Source of the DNA: Basidiobolus meristosporus CBS 931.73
Lineage: Eukaryota; Fungi; Basidiobolomycota
Direction of reading: 5' to 3'
DNA length: 64,000 nucleotides
Assembly (NCBI GenBank): GCA_002104905.1
Contig: MCFE01000207.1
Location: 64,828 to 128,827 of the forward strand
The position numbers were made by a program, and so were the translations under genes. Positions 39,905 through 52,759 of the stretch are shown here, one piece after another. Below the pieces are notes generated by a model that did no database searches, was not told the DNA's origin, and worked only from the letters and a program-made list of their open reading frames with translations. Position 1 is the first letter of the stretch; each line of letters starts with the position of its first letter.

Positions 39905-42900
39905 TGTTGGCACTGGTGATTGGCTTCTGGGAAAATATTCCTCAAATGGCAATATTTGACTTCTAATGCTTCCAATGTACTCTTGGTTGATATGGCCTCA
40001 GAAGTCTACTTTTATACATTCATATCTAGCTCATCCAGTTCTTATACTTGCATTGTTGTATATGCATTTAATACTGATTAATGCCTATGAGAAGTACTTT
40101 GGGTTGGACTGCATGAGCTTCTTTAGACAGTGTATTAATGGAGTATATCTGTAGTGTGAAAGATGCTTTCCTCCTATGGTTGTGGATTCCCGACAAGTTG
40201 GACACCTTGCAATGGTGGCATTTTCTGATGTGAATTCTATGCAATTGTTAACACATGCTGGTAATAGGTTAATCTCCGGGTCATATGTTGTCAACCATCT
40301 GATGGCTGTTCTACCATGTATAAAATAATTCTTATCTCTTAATGACTATGATAAGAAGTAGGAGTAAATCCTCAAAGCCCCCATTACTGCTATTAGTGGA
40401 AACACTCCGCTTCTGTAACCAGAACATCACATCATTCACAAGTAGATGAGTTATACGGCTCATTTGGCTCCATAAAGTATCCATGACATTTTTCTCTGTG
40501 GGTGTTGTGTCATTGCAAATTGGGATTTTGCCAGGCTCATGCAAGGTACTATTTTCAGGAGAGAAAGACTTACAACCCACCATTGAGCCTTCTTCCTCAG
40601 AGCTATCACTCTGCATGCCATATTCAGAAGGCTGAGATGAGCCTAAAGATGTCATAAACTCACCTGACTCAGTTTGGGTAAGGTGACAAGCATGACTAGG
40701 AGCTGTAATAGAAGTATCAAGTGGCGGACCAGATATTGTTGGTATGGTGATCCCTGAGGAAGGGTCAAATATCACTTGTGTGGCAAAACACTAGCCATCA
40801 TCCTTGCATTACTTACTATGCTGTCTGAATGCTTCATGGCTGAGAGGCTTGTTACAATAGCTACATGCCTTTTTTCTCTTCTGTCACCACATTAAATCAA
40901 GGTAGTTATATCAATGGGGCAAACATATTGACACTCAACAGTGTAATGCCATTATACCACTTTTTTGTGAATTTGCAGGTAAATAAGACAGTCTTGTATT
41001 TGAGACATTGCACCAGCATGGATGTAAGATTCAACAATGACCCCCATGGTAGGCATTGTAAGTAAAGTGGTGGCACCACATACACACCTATATATAGCAC
41101 TATTACCCCTTTTGTGTGGCTTACTTCCATATATGTCACCAAAAAACAAAGCAAAGTCATCTGTTACCAACTCAGCCCCACTGTAGACAGCTGTAATGGA
41201 TAGAACAAGTCAGGGGAGTAGAGCTAGGCAAGGTAGGACAAGGAAAGGACTTAAGTGTGGAGCAACAAGGCAAGGCTGATTATTCAAGACCATTATTTAT
41301 CAGACTAAGGAATAAATAAGGGGGGGTAGAACTAGTGAATGATGAATGCTCAAATATGACTTGCATGGCAAGATACTGGCTGTGATCTTTGTGAAACTTC
41401 CTATGCTGTCTGTATGCTTCATAGCCAAGAAGCTTGCTACAATAGCCACATAGTCATTTTTCTCTTCTCTTACAGCATTGAGTCAAAGAGGTCTTGTCAA
41501 TGGGGCAAACATTTTGACCTTCATCAATGTATTGCTATTATATTCCTTTTTGGTCAATAGTTGAGACATTGCACTTACATGAATGCAAGACGCAATGATG
41601 ACCTGCCTAAGTAAGCATTATAAGTAAAGTTATGGCACCACATACACATGTATATATCACACTATTTCCCCTTTGGCTTGACTCACTTCCATATTTATGC
41701 TACCAAAAAATGAAGTAAAGTTGTCTGGATCCCAACTAAGCCCTACCGCTGACAGCAGCAGAAGAATGGTTGGAAAACAGCTTGCTTAGACATTCAGGGC
41801 AGTAGGCAGGGCTACATCCAAAAAAGGCTGTGTTGACAGTGTGTTCACTCAAGGTAACAATGTAAGCTCCTCAGGCTCTCAGTCAGGTACTTGTTTGAGA
41901 ACCTCTGTGGAGCTTCAAGCTGACCATTATACTCAGGCACAGGAGTGTGTAGCAAATGCAGTACCTTCAGTTATAGACCAACAAGTGGCCATCATAACAT
42001 CATCACCACCCATGTTATGTATGTAGAGCAATCAATATTCCAGGTTGAGTAAATAGTATCTTTACTGCACAGAAGGAACTCAAGTAGCTCAATGTCACAG
42101 CCAAGAATTGGTCCATTTCCCAATGTAACAACAGAGGCACACCATACAGTCCTTGAAGCACAACAACAGTGCCCAAAGATAAAGCCCACAGCAAAACCAA
42201 TCACAGCATGGGAGGGAGACAATGTGGTGTTTATACCAAAGCCTAAAAGTCAAAAGACATAGAAGATCTGTGAAGCCAATGAGTGCAATAATGAAGAGTG
42301 GGCCAATATCCAAGAGGCCATCAGAAGTCCAGCACAACATCACCTTACAGCCAGCATGCCCTGGGACCATCAGAAACTCATGGACAAGCAGAATACACTT
42401 GACTTGCTCTATGTGCATTATCCTGGGCTCATACAGGCAAACAGATCTTGGCCCAGCATTGGTATGCCAAGAAAGTATCTTAAAAATAGCAGAAACTATC
42501 AGAGGCAAAAGAATAAGGGTGCCATGGCTGAAAACCAGCAGCTTCCTCAAGAGCCGATTAGAGGCAGGGCCCAAAGCTCTAAACAAGTGTCAAAGCAACA
42601 TCAGGTAGTGGGAAGAGTGCCAATAAGGGACAAGTAGGCAGACATGAATGCACCAGCGCAACATTTATCAAGAAAAAAGCACAGTACCACTCAAGAAGCA
42701 CTCAGTCAAAGTAGCAGTGAAGGACCCGGCAGTGGTAAAGATAAGCGGCTTTCTCAGGAGCCTGCTTTCTCTGCTGGGGATATTGATTGCTCTATATATT
42801 AGACTTGCTCTGTTGGATAGTGCCACATTGAGCCATGAGTGCCAAATGATGCTGTCGTGTGCCAGAGAGGTAAAGTGAGCCTACACTTGGCCAGTGAGTG

Positions 42901-45750
42901 TGAAACATAGCTCTGCATCTTCATGTAAAGAAGCCCCTGTGTTTCACCCATTGCGCAGGAGAAAATCCATTTTTTGACCTTTTTTTGTGGATCAATGTAG
43001 CTCAGGATGTGTAAGAGCACAGGAGAACTGAAGATATGCATCTGGTACTCAATACTCATGGCACTCTGAATCTAGCTCCTGTAGCTTGTATCATATCACA
43101 AAAATGAATGGCACTATCTTGGTCCACTGCTACTATCTGGCACTATATTTAAATATTAGCCCTAAAGTAAGATCTATACAAAGCACTTATAGTGCCTGAT
43201 AGTACCAGTGGACCAAGATAGTGCCATTCATTTTTGTGACATGATACAAGCTACAGGGGCTAGATTCAGAGTGCCATAGGTATTGAGTACCAGATGCATA
43301 TCTTCAATCTGCTTGTGCTCTATCACATCCTGCATAACATTGATCCAAAAAAAAAGGTCAAAAAATGGATTTTCTCTAGCACAATGGGTGAAACACAGGG
43401 GCTGCTTTCCATGAAGATGCAGAGCTATGTTTCACACTCTGTGGCCAGGTAGAGGCTCACTTGGCCTCTCTGGTACACTATGGCATCATTTTGCACTCAT
43501 GGCTCAATGTGGCACTATCCAATGGAACAAGTCTATTATCTGCCCATCCTGTTTCTGGACTATTTCCTAATTTTCTGGGCCATTGCATCTATTCTATCAG
43601 CCACTGCACCTAATTGCTTCATCAATGCTTTGGTATGAGCTGACAACATACTTGCTATTTTGGGTGGTGGTGATGTTATGACTGCCACCTTCTGGTCTTC
43701 AACTGAAGGTACTGCATTTGCTACACTGTCATCTGCCTGAGCATAACGGTTGGTTTGAGGCTCTGCAGAGGTTCTCAATTGCCTACTTGACTAAGAGCTT
43801 GCCAAGCCCTCATTATTACCTTCAGTGGGCACACTATCCAAAGAGCCTTTTTTGGTTGTAGCCCCACTTGTGGTACAGAATGTCAAAGCAAGCTGCTGTC
43901 CAACTATTCTTCTACTGCTGTTAGTGGTAGGGTTTGCAAACATATGCAATAGATTCAATGGCAATCATCACAAACAACTAAGAAATAAGGGCTACCTTGA
44001 AGGTATGTATGTCTATGCCTTTGCCTTGGCACATGATGGACTCTCATTAGCAAGTACTCTACTAGCAAATCTTGCTGGCCACTAATTCCTGTCAACCTGA
44101 ATATGCTGCCTATCTTGTGGTATCAGAGCAGAAATCTGTTGGCAGTCTTACTGGTGTCTGGGTCTAAATCACTGTTCAACCTAGATAGCTACCAGTATTC
44201 ATTGCTGGATGAATCTTGTATGATTTCCAGCAGGATAACAGTTGTCATGTCAAAATGCATATTATTGTCTGCATTGGAGATACCCCAGCCATCAGCAAGA
44301 TGGCCAGCTTCTCTGGGCACAATAGATGGTATTGTTGTCAATTGTGTGAGATCCAGCGGATTTACTCCATAACTCACACACATTATTATTACCCAAACAC
44401 CAACACTATGAACATCATCTTCCTGAATAGAGAATGCATAGAAGTAAGCATGTAATTGCAGTAAAGTTGGCAAGCTGTAAGCCATTGTTTGCAATATAGA
44501 ATTTACTGGAAGCATGATATATGCAATATATAGGGTATCTGTGGGAGCAAAAGCTTTCCACTGGGAGCAACTCATTAGCTTTTCAACTATATTCCTACAC
44601 TGATGACCAAGTTGTACATGTAGCATTTCAAGCTGAATGTACCCTTCAAGATACTGGAATATTTGAAAGAATTGGCAAACTATCACAGAGTATCTGCTGC
44701 CCTAAGTACTTCTCACTGGCTCCAATCAGCACTCATATGAGTATACAATAATACAAGTGCAAGGACTGGATGAACTGGATATGTGTTTATTTGAATGGTC
44801 TTCTGAAGCCATTCCTACTACAGTGCATTGGGAGCATTAGGAGCTATATGTTCACATTTTAGGAATATTTATCCAGAAGCTGATCTTCAATGCCAACTTG
44901 ACCCATCTACAGCTTGTATGTAAGGAGTTTGTGACAAGATTTGAGCAGTTACACTACATGCATAAAGCTGAATGTGCAAATCTCTGCCACTACTGTAATC
45001 ATTATCCACTCCATATTGCTTGGTGTGTAGAGAATATTGAGCCTTACTTCACCATTAGGCAGTTTTCTATGGAGTGGATATGTGGGGAGATAGGAAGACA
45101 GGTCAAGTTGCAGGGAGTGCCATATCCCAGTCTCACCAGCAATATTGCCATCAAGTCTGTTATTCATGTGATGAGTTGGCACATGGAGGACAGCCAGGGA
45201 GAGTTGGAAAATACTGAGCACAAATGTGCACTTGGAGATACCTATGTTTTTGGCCTTAAGAAGCTAAGCAGCCCAAAGCAAGGGTAATTAGTTAAGAAAT
45301 GCAAAGTTGGGCTGGGTGCTACAAGTAGCTTGTTGCTATTAGGACACCTTTACCAAAGTATGCTGGGTTTCTGTTGGTCACAAGCCAGCTCCTGCACCAT
45401 TTATTACAGAAATTACATAAACAAAAGCCCAAATGCACCTATAAGAGGCACCAGATTGCAGTAGGGAGAGGGAATGTTTTGGTTAAATACCAAGAAGTTT
45501 GTTGCAGAAACTCAAGATGCATTCATGGTTAATGTAGGGGCAACCAGGCATATTTTTGCAATATATATATATATGTTACCAGTAACACAAAGTACATGGC
45601 AACATTGCAAGTATCACTCTAAAGGCCATAAAGTTGAGGTTACAGAAGTGTGTCAATTGGAGCAGGTGTGTGTATGTAGAGGTTGGTAAGCAGGAGGCCA
45701 TAGTTTTTTGCTCCAAACTTTATGTGGAATACTGAAGGTAGTAGTGTAAC
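39905..45750. mobile_element. Composite of rearranged CACTA-like fragments: transposase N-terminus (-) 39905-40775, ORF2 (+) 41370-42750, ORF2 (-) 42760-43930, transposase (+) 43930-45750
   Basis: LPACVNNCIEF/CPTC; ORF2 peptides; IGDTPAISKMA, IAWCVENIEP..QFSMEWICGEIG. Confidence 0.75.
42801..43534. mobile_element. Foldback MITE copy 5 (734 bp)
   Basis: Same termini; TSD ATT/ATT; empty-site homologue at about 20960. Confidence 0.92.
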
Positions 45751-47445
45751 ATACCTTAAAGCACTTCATTCACCTCTGCAAAATTTGTGGGATAGAGTAA
45801 GAGACTACTGTGCCAAGCTCCTCACAGCAAAATGGTGTAGCAGAATGTGCAAATAGATGAGTAATTAATATGGTAAGATCTATGATGTGTGATCAAAAAT
45901 ACTCAAATGATTGTTGGGCAGAATCTGTTGTACAGCAGCATATCTTTAGAGTTGGAGTTGAGGCAGAATACTTTGTGATTCTACTTTGCTTGTTGCATGA
46001 AGTGGATACTCCCTAATTGCAGAGTACCTTAGAATAACTGGTTCCATAACATGTGCCAGAAACTGCCTGGAAATCAATTAAATATTAGACAAAAGGTGTA
46101 TGATACCTATTTTGGGTTATTGGAATGAGAGTACAACATAAATACTATATGTGGATAATCTTATTATAGCTGCTAATAACCAATAAACCTTGGTAGAGAT
46201 TAAATCCAGCTTATCCAAGGAGTTCAAGATGTCCAACATAGGAGAATTCAGTTACTACTTAAGAATAAAGCACTCCACTGACAGAAGAATTCAGACTCTC
46301 AACCTAAGCCAGTCTAAGTATACTCAAGATATATATTCAAGAAGTACCAAGTTTAATACTGGAAACTGGCATCTAACTCAATGGAAGTAAACCTTAACTT
46401 GGTCAAAACCCAACCATATCAAGAGATGATGGTGCCAGCTGAAAGCCCAGCATTTCCTTACCAACCTATGGTTGGCAGTCAGATTTATATCATGCCTGAA
46501 ACATACCCAGGTATCTAATATTTAGTGGGAGTTGTTAGCCAGCATAATCAGAACTATAGATTTAGTCACATTGTAGCAGTTAAGCAGATTTTTAGATACC
46601 TAGAAGGACCTGCTGCTATCTGTTTAGGGTACTCCCTTAAGGATTCAGAGCTGGATCTTGTGAGGTATTCTGATGCTGATTGGAACACACTTACAAGGTA
46701 GAAGATGAATCCCAGGATACACCTTTCTTTTCCTCAAAGAAGTGATTTCATGCAATTCAAGAAAGCATCCAATTGTAGCACTTCCATCACAGCGGCAAGG
46801 TTTATGGCAGCCTGTGAAGCTACAAGTGAAACATTGAGTCTAAGAAAGCTCTCTAACAACTTAGGCTGATGTCAAAAAGTGTCTATCACCTATTTACATA
46901 ATAATACAGGATGTATATAATATGTAGAAGTCCAACTTTTCATGCTAGAACTAATTACATAGTGTTAACATCTTTTCATACATGAAGCCACAGTGAGTCA
47001 CTGAGTTAACTGGATTTACTGTCCCACAGAAGCAAAGACTGCGGATATATTTACAAATCTATTAGCCCAAGACAAATTTGAGTATTTTTATTGTAATTAG
47101 GACTGGTCTGTAGGGGCATTTAGTGTCATGGGAGTGTTACAACAATTGAATTTACTTAGAATATTATTACCAAAATAGCAGGTACCCAGAACATGAAAAC
47201 TCTCAAGGTTGCCCAAACAGCACCAAGCTTTGTTCACATGCTTTTGGGATCTTGCTAAGCATATTCTTAGAGTTTACAATGCAAGACTGTGTAAAAGTAT
47301 AAATACTACTGTTACAGACAAGAAATCATTAAGTGAAAACACATACTCTACTTGCTCTCCCAATCACTTCCAATATCTTCTAGACTCTTATAAAAGCTTC
47401 AAGCCTTCTGATCATGCACCACTGGGATTGCTGTGCATCAACATT
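45750..47445 (+). mobile_element. Degenerate Ty1/copia 3' part (integrase, RT and RNase H remnants, PPT, LTR about 47136-47445)
   Basis: PQQNGVAE-like motif; EIKSSLSKEFKMSNIG; YSDADW; LTR is the reverse complement of 49017-49364. Confidence 0.8.
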
Positions 47446-49016
47446 TAACAATTTGACTAATTTTACTACACTATAAAGTCTAGTGCCCTAACTGATTTCC
47501 CCTAACCCAAACATAACTAATCCTGGTTATGGTTTATTTTATTGCACCTCTGAATATACTTTTGGCTGTCACACTATTTACACTTCTACATGGTCTTAGC
47601 ATAACAAACATGTAGAATAGGCTTAGAAAGATCCCACAAACATGTGTACAAAGCTTGGGGCTGTTAGGGCAACTTTGGGAGTTCTCACATTGTGGGTACT
47701 TGATGTACTTGGTGATAGTTTTTCAAGTGGATCCTAAGAAGGAAACAAGTCAGAGTTCTCTAAGATTTGTAGGTATTAATATAAGCGACTAAGCTGGGTG
47801 AATATATTGGTGAAAATAAAAACCTTTACAACACCCCCACTCAACTCAATGCTCATACTGACTAGTCAAATTTAGACTTAAGATATTCAAATTTGTCTCT
47901 AGTTAGTGGTTTGATATATATATATATGCAATCATTTCATCTGTAGGCAAGTAAACTAAGTTAACTTGGTTACACTTGGTAGCTTCACATATGAAGTTAT
48001 GTCTAATATCTATATGCCTAGTTCTAGCATGAGAAGTTGGACTTTGATCTAATTGTTTACATCCTTAATTAGTTTGCAATAGAGTCATAGGCATTTTTGA
48101 TATAATCCTGAGTCTTGAAGATGCTTCCTGAACCACATTGCTTCTTTAGTAGCTTTACAGGCTGCCATGTACTCAGCCTCTATGGTGGAAAGTGCTACAG
48201 GGGGCTGCTTTCTTGAATTGCATAAAGTTGCGCTAGCTGGCTTATAGTAGATACTACAGACAGCAGTACTTATTTGAAAACTCAAAGATTTCAAGCAGGA
48301 ATCTCTCACTTAAATCCAGACTCTTGGTGATGGTATGAGACCAAATAGAGGCTTTTCAAGCTTGCAAGCCAAATGGGGATTGTTTTGGTAAACAGACCCA
48401 TCAGGCTGCTACAGGTCCATGTCCTCATTAATATCCCTGTTCAAAGATGCAGTTATACATCCATTTGATGTATAGTAACTTATATTTGTCTGCAAAAGCC
48501 AATAATATTCTGATGGAATTAAGCTTGGCAACTGGTGTAAAGGTTGCAGTATAGACAAGTTCTTTTGTTTGAGAGTATACTTTGGCCACAGGTCTGGCTT
48601 TGTATCTTATATTTACACCATAAGCCTTGTAATTTGTCTTGAAGACACATCTGCATGCAAATGATTTCAAGTTGACCAGCAATTTGACCAAGTTCCATGT
48701 CTGATTTCCATCAGTGCCTGATACTCCTCAGTCATTGTAGATCTCTGAGCTTTGCCTGAGGGCTATTTAGTTACAGTTTTACAGCCTGGGGCTCATTAAT
48801 ATGGAATGATTAGGTATAGGCTAACTTTGTACCCACATATATATATTAATATGAGCAATTTCTGATCTGGTTCAATCTTTTGGTTTGTAACTACAGAATG
48901 ATTACATCTGAGATATTCTGGGGCACTAATTCAGGATGAGCCATGGTTGTAGAGTCCTTGGAAGTGAGAAAATGGCACTGTTTTGCTCTGATTCAATCCT
49001 GACTATTGGTGGAATT

Positions 49017-49364
49017 TGTTGTAAGAGTCTTGGAGATATTGGAAGTGATTTGGGAGGACAAGTAGATTATGTGGTTTTCACTCAATGATTTATTGAATGT
49101 AAAGTAGTATTTATACTTTTACCTGGTCTTGGCATTACATACACGTAGAATAGGTTAAAGAAGGTCCCAAGAACATGTGTGCAAAATTTGGGTCTGTTTG
49201 GACAACTTTGAGAATTTTCATGTTCTGGGCACCCGGTATTTTGGTGAAATATTCCAAGTAAATCCCAACAAGGAATTTGGTCAGTATTCTCTAGGATTTG
49301 AGGGTAATGATCTAAGTGACTAAGTTAGGTGAATATTTAGGTGGAATTATGAATTTTTACAACA
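49017..49364 (-). repeat. Copia solo LTR nested between IN and RT of its own family
   Basis: TGTTGTAA...TTACAACA; flanks GAATT/GACTT (4 of 5 TSD bases match). Confidence 0.8.
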
Positions 49365-50493
49365 GACTTAAGATCATATTTTTGTCATTATCTGATATCA
49401 TTGTATGTAAAGAATCGGGATTTACATCAAACAACAGATCCCTGAGCTTGACCAGATTTTTTGCTTTGATACTACAGAGTCTATAGGCCTTACTATCATT
49501 GCAGTAGCCCAAAAATATCCATTTTGCATTTTGGGGCACAAATTTTGACTGATTTCTAGGCAGTTGCTTGGCATATGCTCTACAACCAAGAATTCTCAGG
49601 GGTTCAGCCATTGGTTGGTATGCATACCATGCCTCATTTACAATAAAATCCCAATGTGTTCTTCAGTAACTTCTATTTCTGAGATATATATTTGTAGCAA
49701 CTAATTACACCCAAAAATCCTGGGTTAATTTTCAATTATCAATTATAGATCTTACCACATTAATCATTGATTTGTTTGCCTGTTCTGATACCCCATTTTG
49801 CTGTGGGGGTATAGTGGTCTCTTTCTTTATACCATAAATACACAGAAGTGGATGAAGAGTCTTGAGGTATATTCTTCACCATTGTCAGAGCATATTTTAT
49901 AATTTTTTCATCAGTTTCTCTCTCCACCAGGGCTCTGAGCTCCCTAAACTTAGACAGGGGCTCTTCCTTTCCTTCCATGAAATAGACCCATATATATCTT
50001 GAATCATCATCCATAAAAGTGATCAAATATGTTGTCCCATACAAGGCTAAATTTGCATATGTCTATGCAGTTATGAGTGAATTAGATCTAATTTTTCTTA
50101 GTTTTGATTAACCCAGAGCTCTTGAATGATAGTCTGGCTTGATTCCCATATTTGCAGGCATCACAGTGCCCCGAGTTTGCTGGGGGATCAACTTTTACTC
50201 TGGAAATTAGCTGATCATTTAGTGCAAATAAACAAATAGATGTGACCAAGTCTCCTATGCCAAAGAATGGGTGTATCTTTATTTAAGTTACTTATATTGG
50301 CTTCCAAGTATCCTTGAATATAGGTCAACTTTTATAGATTCTGATCTCTGATACCCAAAGCAATAAGGAAACCATTTTGATTAGTGACCTAGCATCTAGA
50401 ATTGTCAAAACTGAAACTGAGTGTGTAACTTCATTCACTGCCTTTGGGGTTTGCCTGGATAGTTGCTTCTCCTACTGCATCAACTGTTCTATA

Positions 50494-50840
50494 TGTTGTA
50501 ATTATTAAGTAGGCACCTAAACATTCATGCTAACTTAGTCACATAGATCTTACTCTGTAATTAGCATTCTGACCTGACCAAACTTCTTGTAGGGATTTAC
50601 TTGGAATATTTTCACCAAATAATCTGGTACCCAGGTTATGATCTTTTTCAAAGATGTCCAAAAGCTCCCAAACTTTACACATATTTTTGTGACCTTCATT
50701 AACAAGCTCTACATGCTTGTTTGCTCTACTTTATTAAAAGTAAGAATACTATACTTTTGATCTATCAGTCTACAAGTGAGTAACATGTGTATCCTCTAGC
50801 TCTCCACATCACTTTCAATACTCCTGAGAATTTTGCAGCA
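50494..50840 (+). repeat. Inverted copia solo LTR nested in the protease region of its own family
   Basis: TGTTGTAA...TTGCAGCA; flanks CTATA/CTATC; empty site at about 785-795. Confidence 0.75.
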
Positions 50841-52142
50841 CTATCATCACTCATGAAAACCATCTTAATTGGAATTCCTGATATTAGGTAAAAAGCTCTT
50901 TTTGGTGTGGGAGGTGTTGAGATGCTCCAGAGTCAATACACCACATCTGAGAATCCTTGTTGGTGGTCACAATCAGTTGAGATATGAATAGTTTATCTTC
51001 AGGTGATGCAGCATTTCTCTATTGATACTTCTTTCACTAATTATCACTCTTTTTGAGGTGCCAGTGTGATGTGTGTCTTTTTCTTTGGCAGTAGTTGCAA
51101 AACAGGCAGCTGCTGCCTTCAAAGTGTATTGGGTACCTCCCTTACTGGTTATTATTGCTTATTATAGCATTGTCTTCTTCCTTCTTATTGGCACCTGATT
51201 TTCATAATTCTTCATCCAGGAGCATTCCATATACGCAATTTAAGGTCAAACCTTCAGTTCTGGACTCTAGGGCTGATACAAGACCTTAAAGCTTGTCTGT
51301 CAGGCTATTCAGGATGGTTACTATCACATCCTCATCAGTAGTTGGTACACCCACAGATTCCATCTCATCCACCAGCATGGTCATTCTGTTAATAAGATTT
51401 TTCATTTCTTCTCCTGGCTGCATCTTTGTAGTAAAGAATATTGTCTATGATACATTTTCTTAGCAGCTGAACATGACTGGTAGGTGTCTTCTAATGTCTT
51501 CCAAGCATTCTTTGTCACTTTTGCTCTTGGGCATTGAATTAGCCATTTGTCTTTAACATTAAGGCAAATGCAGTTAAGAGCACTTTGTTCTTTCATTTGA
51601 TACTTTTGGGCTTCCTCTCTCACATTTTTGAGTGGGCATTCTTTTCCCATGATAATATTCCAAATGCCTCTTTCTTATAGCAGCATCTTCATCTTCACCT
51701 TCCACACTTGGCAGTTAGACCCATCCAACTTTTCAGCAAAGGGAAAAATTCCAGTAATATTAGTAGTAGACATTGCAGAGAGTGACAGCTTGGGGTTCAT
51801 AACCTGTTGTAAGAGTCTTGAAGATATTGGAAGTGATTGGGAGGACAAATAGATTATGTGGTTTTCACTTGTTGATTTATTGAATGTAAAAGTAGTATTT
51901 ATACTTTTACATGGCCTTGGCTTAGCAAACATGTAGAATAGGTTAAGGAAGGTCCCAAGAGCATGTGTGCAAGGTTGGGGGCCATTTGGACAACTTATCT
52001 AATTCTCATGTACTGGGTAAATATTTTAAGTAAATCCCAACAAGGAATTTGGTCAGTATTCTCTAGGATTTGAAGGTAATGACCTGAGTGACTAAGTTAG
52101 GTGAATATTCAGGTGGAATTCCAAATTTTTGCAACATATATA

Positions 52143-52437
52143 GGTGCAATCACAAAATTTACAACACAAATCTTTGAGTATTTTGAGCAAATTTCTTATT
52201 GGGATATACTTGGGGCATTTCACCAAAAATATCAGGTATTCATGACATGAAAAACTTATAGGTTGTCCACAGACCCCCCCAAAAAAAATTTGTGTACTTG
52301 TTCTTGGGACCTTCCCAAGTGTATTCTAGGTGTGTGCATTTGCAAATCCATGTAAAAGTGTAAATACCATTATAACATTCAATCAATCATTAAGTGAAAA
52401 CCATATAATCTACTTGCTCTCCCAAGCTCTTACAGCA
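52143..52437 (+). repeat. Inverted copia LTR copy abutting the 5' LTR
   Basis: Reverse complement similar to 51805-52136; ends CTTACAGCA. Confidence 0.65.
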
Positions 52438-52759
52438 ATATATAGGCCCTTGCAAACACTTTTCTAAGGCAAACTATGAAGTTGAGCAACTAGTCTACCA
52501 AGTAGTGGGATACCATTGCAGGGCAACATTGAGAAGGCAAGCAAAATGGCCAAGAGAAATTGCATTGAGAAGTTTCCAATCAAGATGCACAAGCACCACT
52601 CGAGTTGTCAAGAGAGGAAAGGTCACTTCAAGGGGATCTTAAATTGGTAGAATGATTTATTCAAAGAAGGGTTGGAAATAATTAAGGGAAAGGGGTGGTT
52701 ATTAATACATATTAAAATCAATCCTAGCAATGATGAAACAAGATTCGAAGCCTGCTTGC

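Larger units (their letters stand above)
47520..52136 (-). mobile_element. Degenerate full-span Ty1/copia element
   Basis: 5' LTR 51805-52136; PBS GGTTATGAACCCC at 51792-51804; gag/PR/IN; RT (YKARPVAK); RH (VALSTIEAEYMA); PPT GAGTTGAGTGGGGG; truncated 3' LTR 47520-47833. Confidence 0.88.

Noticed and set aside
41180-41350. Purine-rich GGCAAGG-type short repeats (complementary version near 32755-32800)
   Set aside because: Too degenerate to assign termini or a family
19770-43059. Recurrent 60-115 aa ORFs (MGIEY/MSIEY..., MDQDSAIHF...) that look like a small gene family
   Set aside because: They all lie in the MITE arms on both strands, have variable stops and show no coding signature
32150-43150. 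Large chromosomal inversion between MITE 3 and MITE 5, suggested by their near-identical facing arms
   Set aside because: MITE 5 keeps a perfect ATT/ATT TSD with collinear host sequence on both sides, and swapping flanks would not produce matching TSDs
1-52700. Ascomycete-type RIP
   Set aside because: CpA and TpG are abundant while CpG is depleted, which is not the CpA>TpA signature (judged by eye, not computed)
1-52700. Centromere call, given a TE-dense block near NDC80
   Set aside because: No sequence feature defines a centromere here, and proximity to a kinetochore gene is irrelevant; CENP-A ChIP or Hi-C would be needed
52440-52740. Possible coding remnant between the last LTR and the first gene
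   Set aside because: No ORF of 60 aa or more and no motif recognised
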